NCBI GenBank assembly: GCA_041750255.1
Contig: JBGSZT010000054.1
Coordinates: 122 to 64,121, forward strand
Source of the DNA: Synechocystis sp.
Lineage (GTDB): Bacteria > Cyanobacteriota > Cyanobacteriia > Cyanobacteriales > Microcystaceae
DNA: 64,000 nt
Direction: 5' to 3'
Part shown: positions 62,975 to 64,000 of the stretch, one piece after another
Numbering within the stretch: the first letter of the stretch is position 1
How the letters are laid out: the number at the start of each line of letters is the position of its first letter
The notes under the pieces: generated by a model
What the model saw: the letters and a program-made list of their open reading frames with translations, nothing else
Databases searched by the model: none
What the model was told of the DNA's origin: nothing
Program-made: the position numbers and the translations under genes

Positions 62975-63257
62975 AATTTGCAGGATATTTACAGATTGTG
63001 TAGTTTGTGTTCATGGAAAGCATACCGACCATTGACTGTATTCATCTGTATTCATATTTACTTTTTCATATTTACTTTATTTTGTTATTTTGTATTTTGC
63101 TAAAAATGCTAAAAACGGAAGATTAGAGGGCGGGTTGCGCATTGTTCTGAGCCGGGGTAATAAAACAATGCAATACCAGTACTCTAGGCAGAGTCGTATA
63201 AATTGACTGACTCGTGAAGAAAAACTAGCTACGGAAAAACTTTGTGAACTAGCTTAG

Positions 63258-63293
63258 GAAAGTTTTGTGAAAGTTTTGTGAAAGTTTTGTGAA
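63258..63293. repeat. Three tandem 11-bp repeats GAAAGTTTTGT in the divergent promoter region
   Basis: Exact units at 63258, 63269 and 63280 plus a partial GAA; further TTTGTGA at 63241 and 63307. Confidence 0.9.
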
Positions 63294-63816
63294 CCAAGTC
63301 AATAATTTTGTGAGAATTCCGTGAATAATCTTGGCTGATTTTTATTAAAAATAGGACGACGTGTTTTCTGTCCACTGAAGCCAGCGATCAGACCAGAATA
63401 GTCCATGATTGTTGGGAGGAATTAAGCCCAGCTTGCGAAACGCATGTTCTTGTAACAATGTTCGTATTTACAAGTGATTTTCCAACCTGGATTTTCCTTT
63501 TCTAGGTTTTTAACCCTAATATCTTCACCGGTAACAGTCTCGATTTTAAAAGTTTTAGATGATTTGGTTCTAATCATTTTCAGTCAAAAGATCCCGTATC
63601 TAATTTCAGTAAAACTACGGTTGTCATAAATCACAAAACAATGTGGAGCTGATTTTTCGACTATTTTGAAACAAAATTGAGATCAATTAATCTAGTTCTA
63701 CTAGCTATTTTTCCTGATATATGCAATCGTCATTTTCTGGAAATTCTACTAGCCAGATTTTTGCTGGCAAAATTTATTTCTGCTGTTAACCTTGCTAGGT
63801 TTCTATCACTTAAATT

Positions 63817-64000
63817 ATGGAATTCTCACCCGCACCATTTTCCAATGAATCCTCTTCTACGCCTGAATTGGCTTTTATTAGCTCGACTATTAGTGACTAT
63901 AGTAGTCTTGCTCAGGTTGTTTCATCCCAAGCTCAGCTATTTTTTCTGGAGCCGGGACAGGCAGAAATTGAACAAATTAGTGAAGTCTTGTCCCGATATC
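63817..64000 (+). CDS. 5' end of a DUF4347-domain (large surface/secreted) protein, cut by the window end
   Basis: Manual translation MEFSPAPFSNESSSTPELAFISSTISDYSSLAQVVSSQAQLFFLEPGQAEIEQISEVLSRY..., matching the start of the DUF4347 pattern (LVFIDS.V.DY..L...V......L....DGIEQI...L). Confidence 0.65.
   Translation, partial: MEFSPAPFSNESSSTPELAFISSTISDYSSLAQVVSSQAQLFFLEPGQAEIEQISEVLSRY

Noticed and set aside
63258-63293. Tandem 11-bp repeats as a CRISPR array or replication iterons
   Set aside because: No spacers, no cas genes and no rep gene nearby; kept as an operator candidate instead

Overview
Cyanobacterial chromosome segment. It is Synechocystis-like: the HIP1 octamer GCGATCGC recurs throughout, psbV, pixD and comA resemble the Synechocystis proteins, and an ndhF3 operon is present. 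From left to right: a truncated IS5-family transposase, rsmH and four housekeeping or envelope genes; the large S10-spc-alpha-L13 ribosomal cluster (rplC to rpmE, with secY, adk, infA, rpmJ, rpoA, truA) behind a sigma70 promoter and a structured leader of about 300 nt; a GT-C glycosyltransferase, cysE, a peptide ABC permease, psbV and ppx; the inducible CO2-uptake operon ndhF3-ndhD3-cupA-cupS; corA, a polyamine-binding protein and ligA followed by a diverged ligA relic; a SigJ-like sigma factor, TPR protein, PLP lyase, MscS-cNMP channel, sufE, ABC exporter, two methyltransferases (one with a 24-bp element inserted in a HIP1 site), an orphan BLUF/PixD and comA. The last 12 kb form a dense signalling cluster and are the best candidate for an undescribed system. 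It contains a CheB-CheR-PAS fusion with a kinase, a CdgR/ComFB-like::DUF1816 fusion, and an RcaC-like REC-wHTH-Hpt-REC-REC-GGDEF protein co-transcribed with a 4-PAS kinase and a lone receiver. Its promoter carries an L-box-like 11-bp repeat array facing a divergent DUF4347 surface-protein gene. All family assignments come from motif recognition by eye; no database searches were run. No rRNA, tRNA or CRISPR array was seen.
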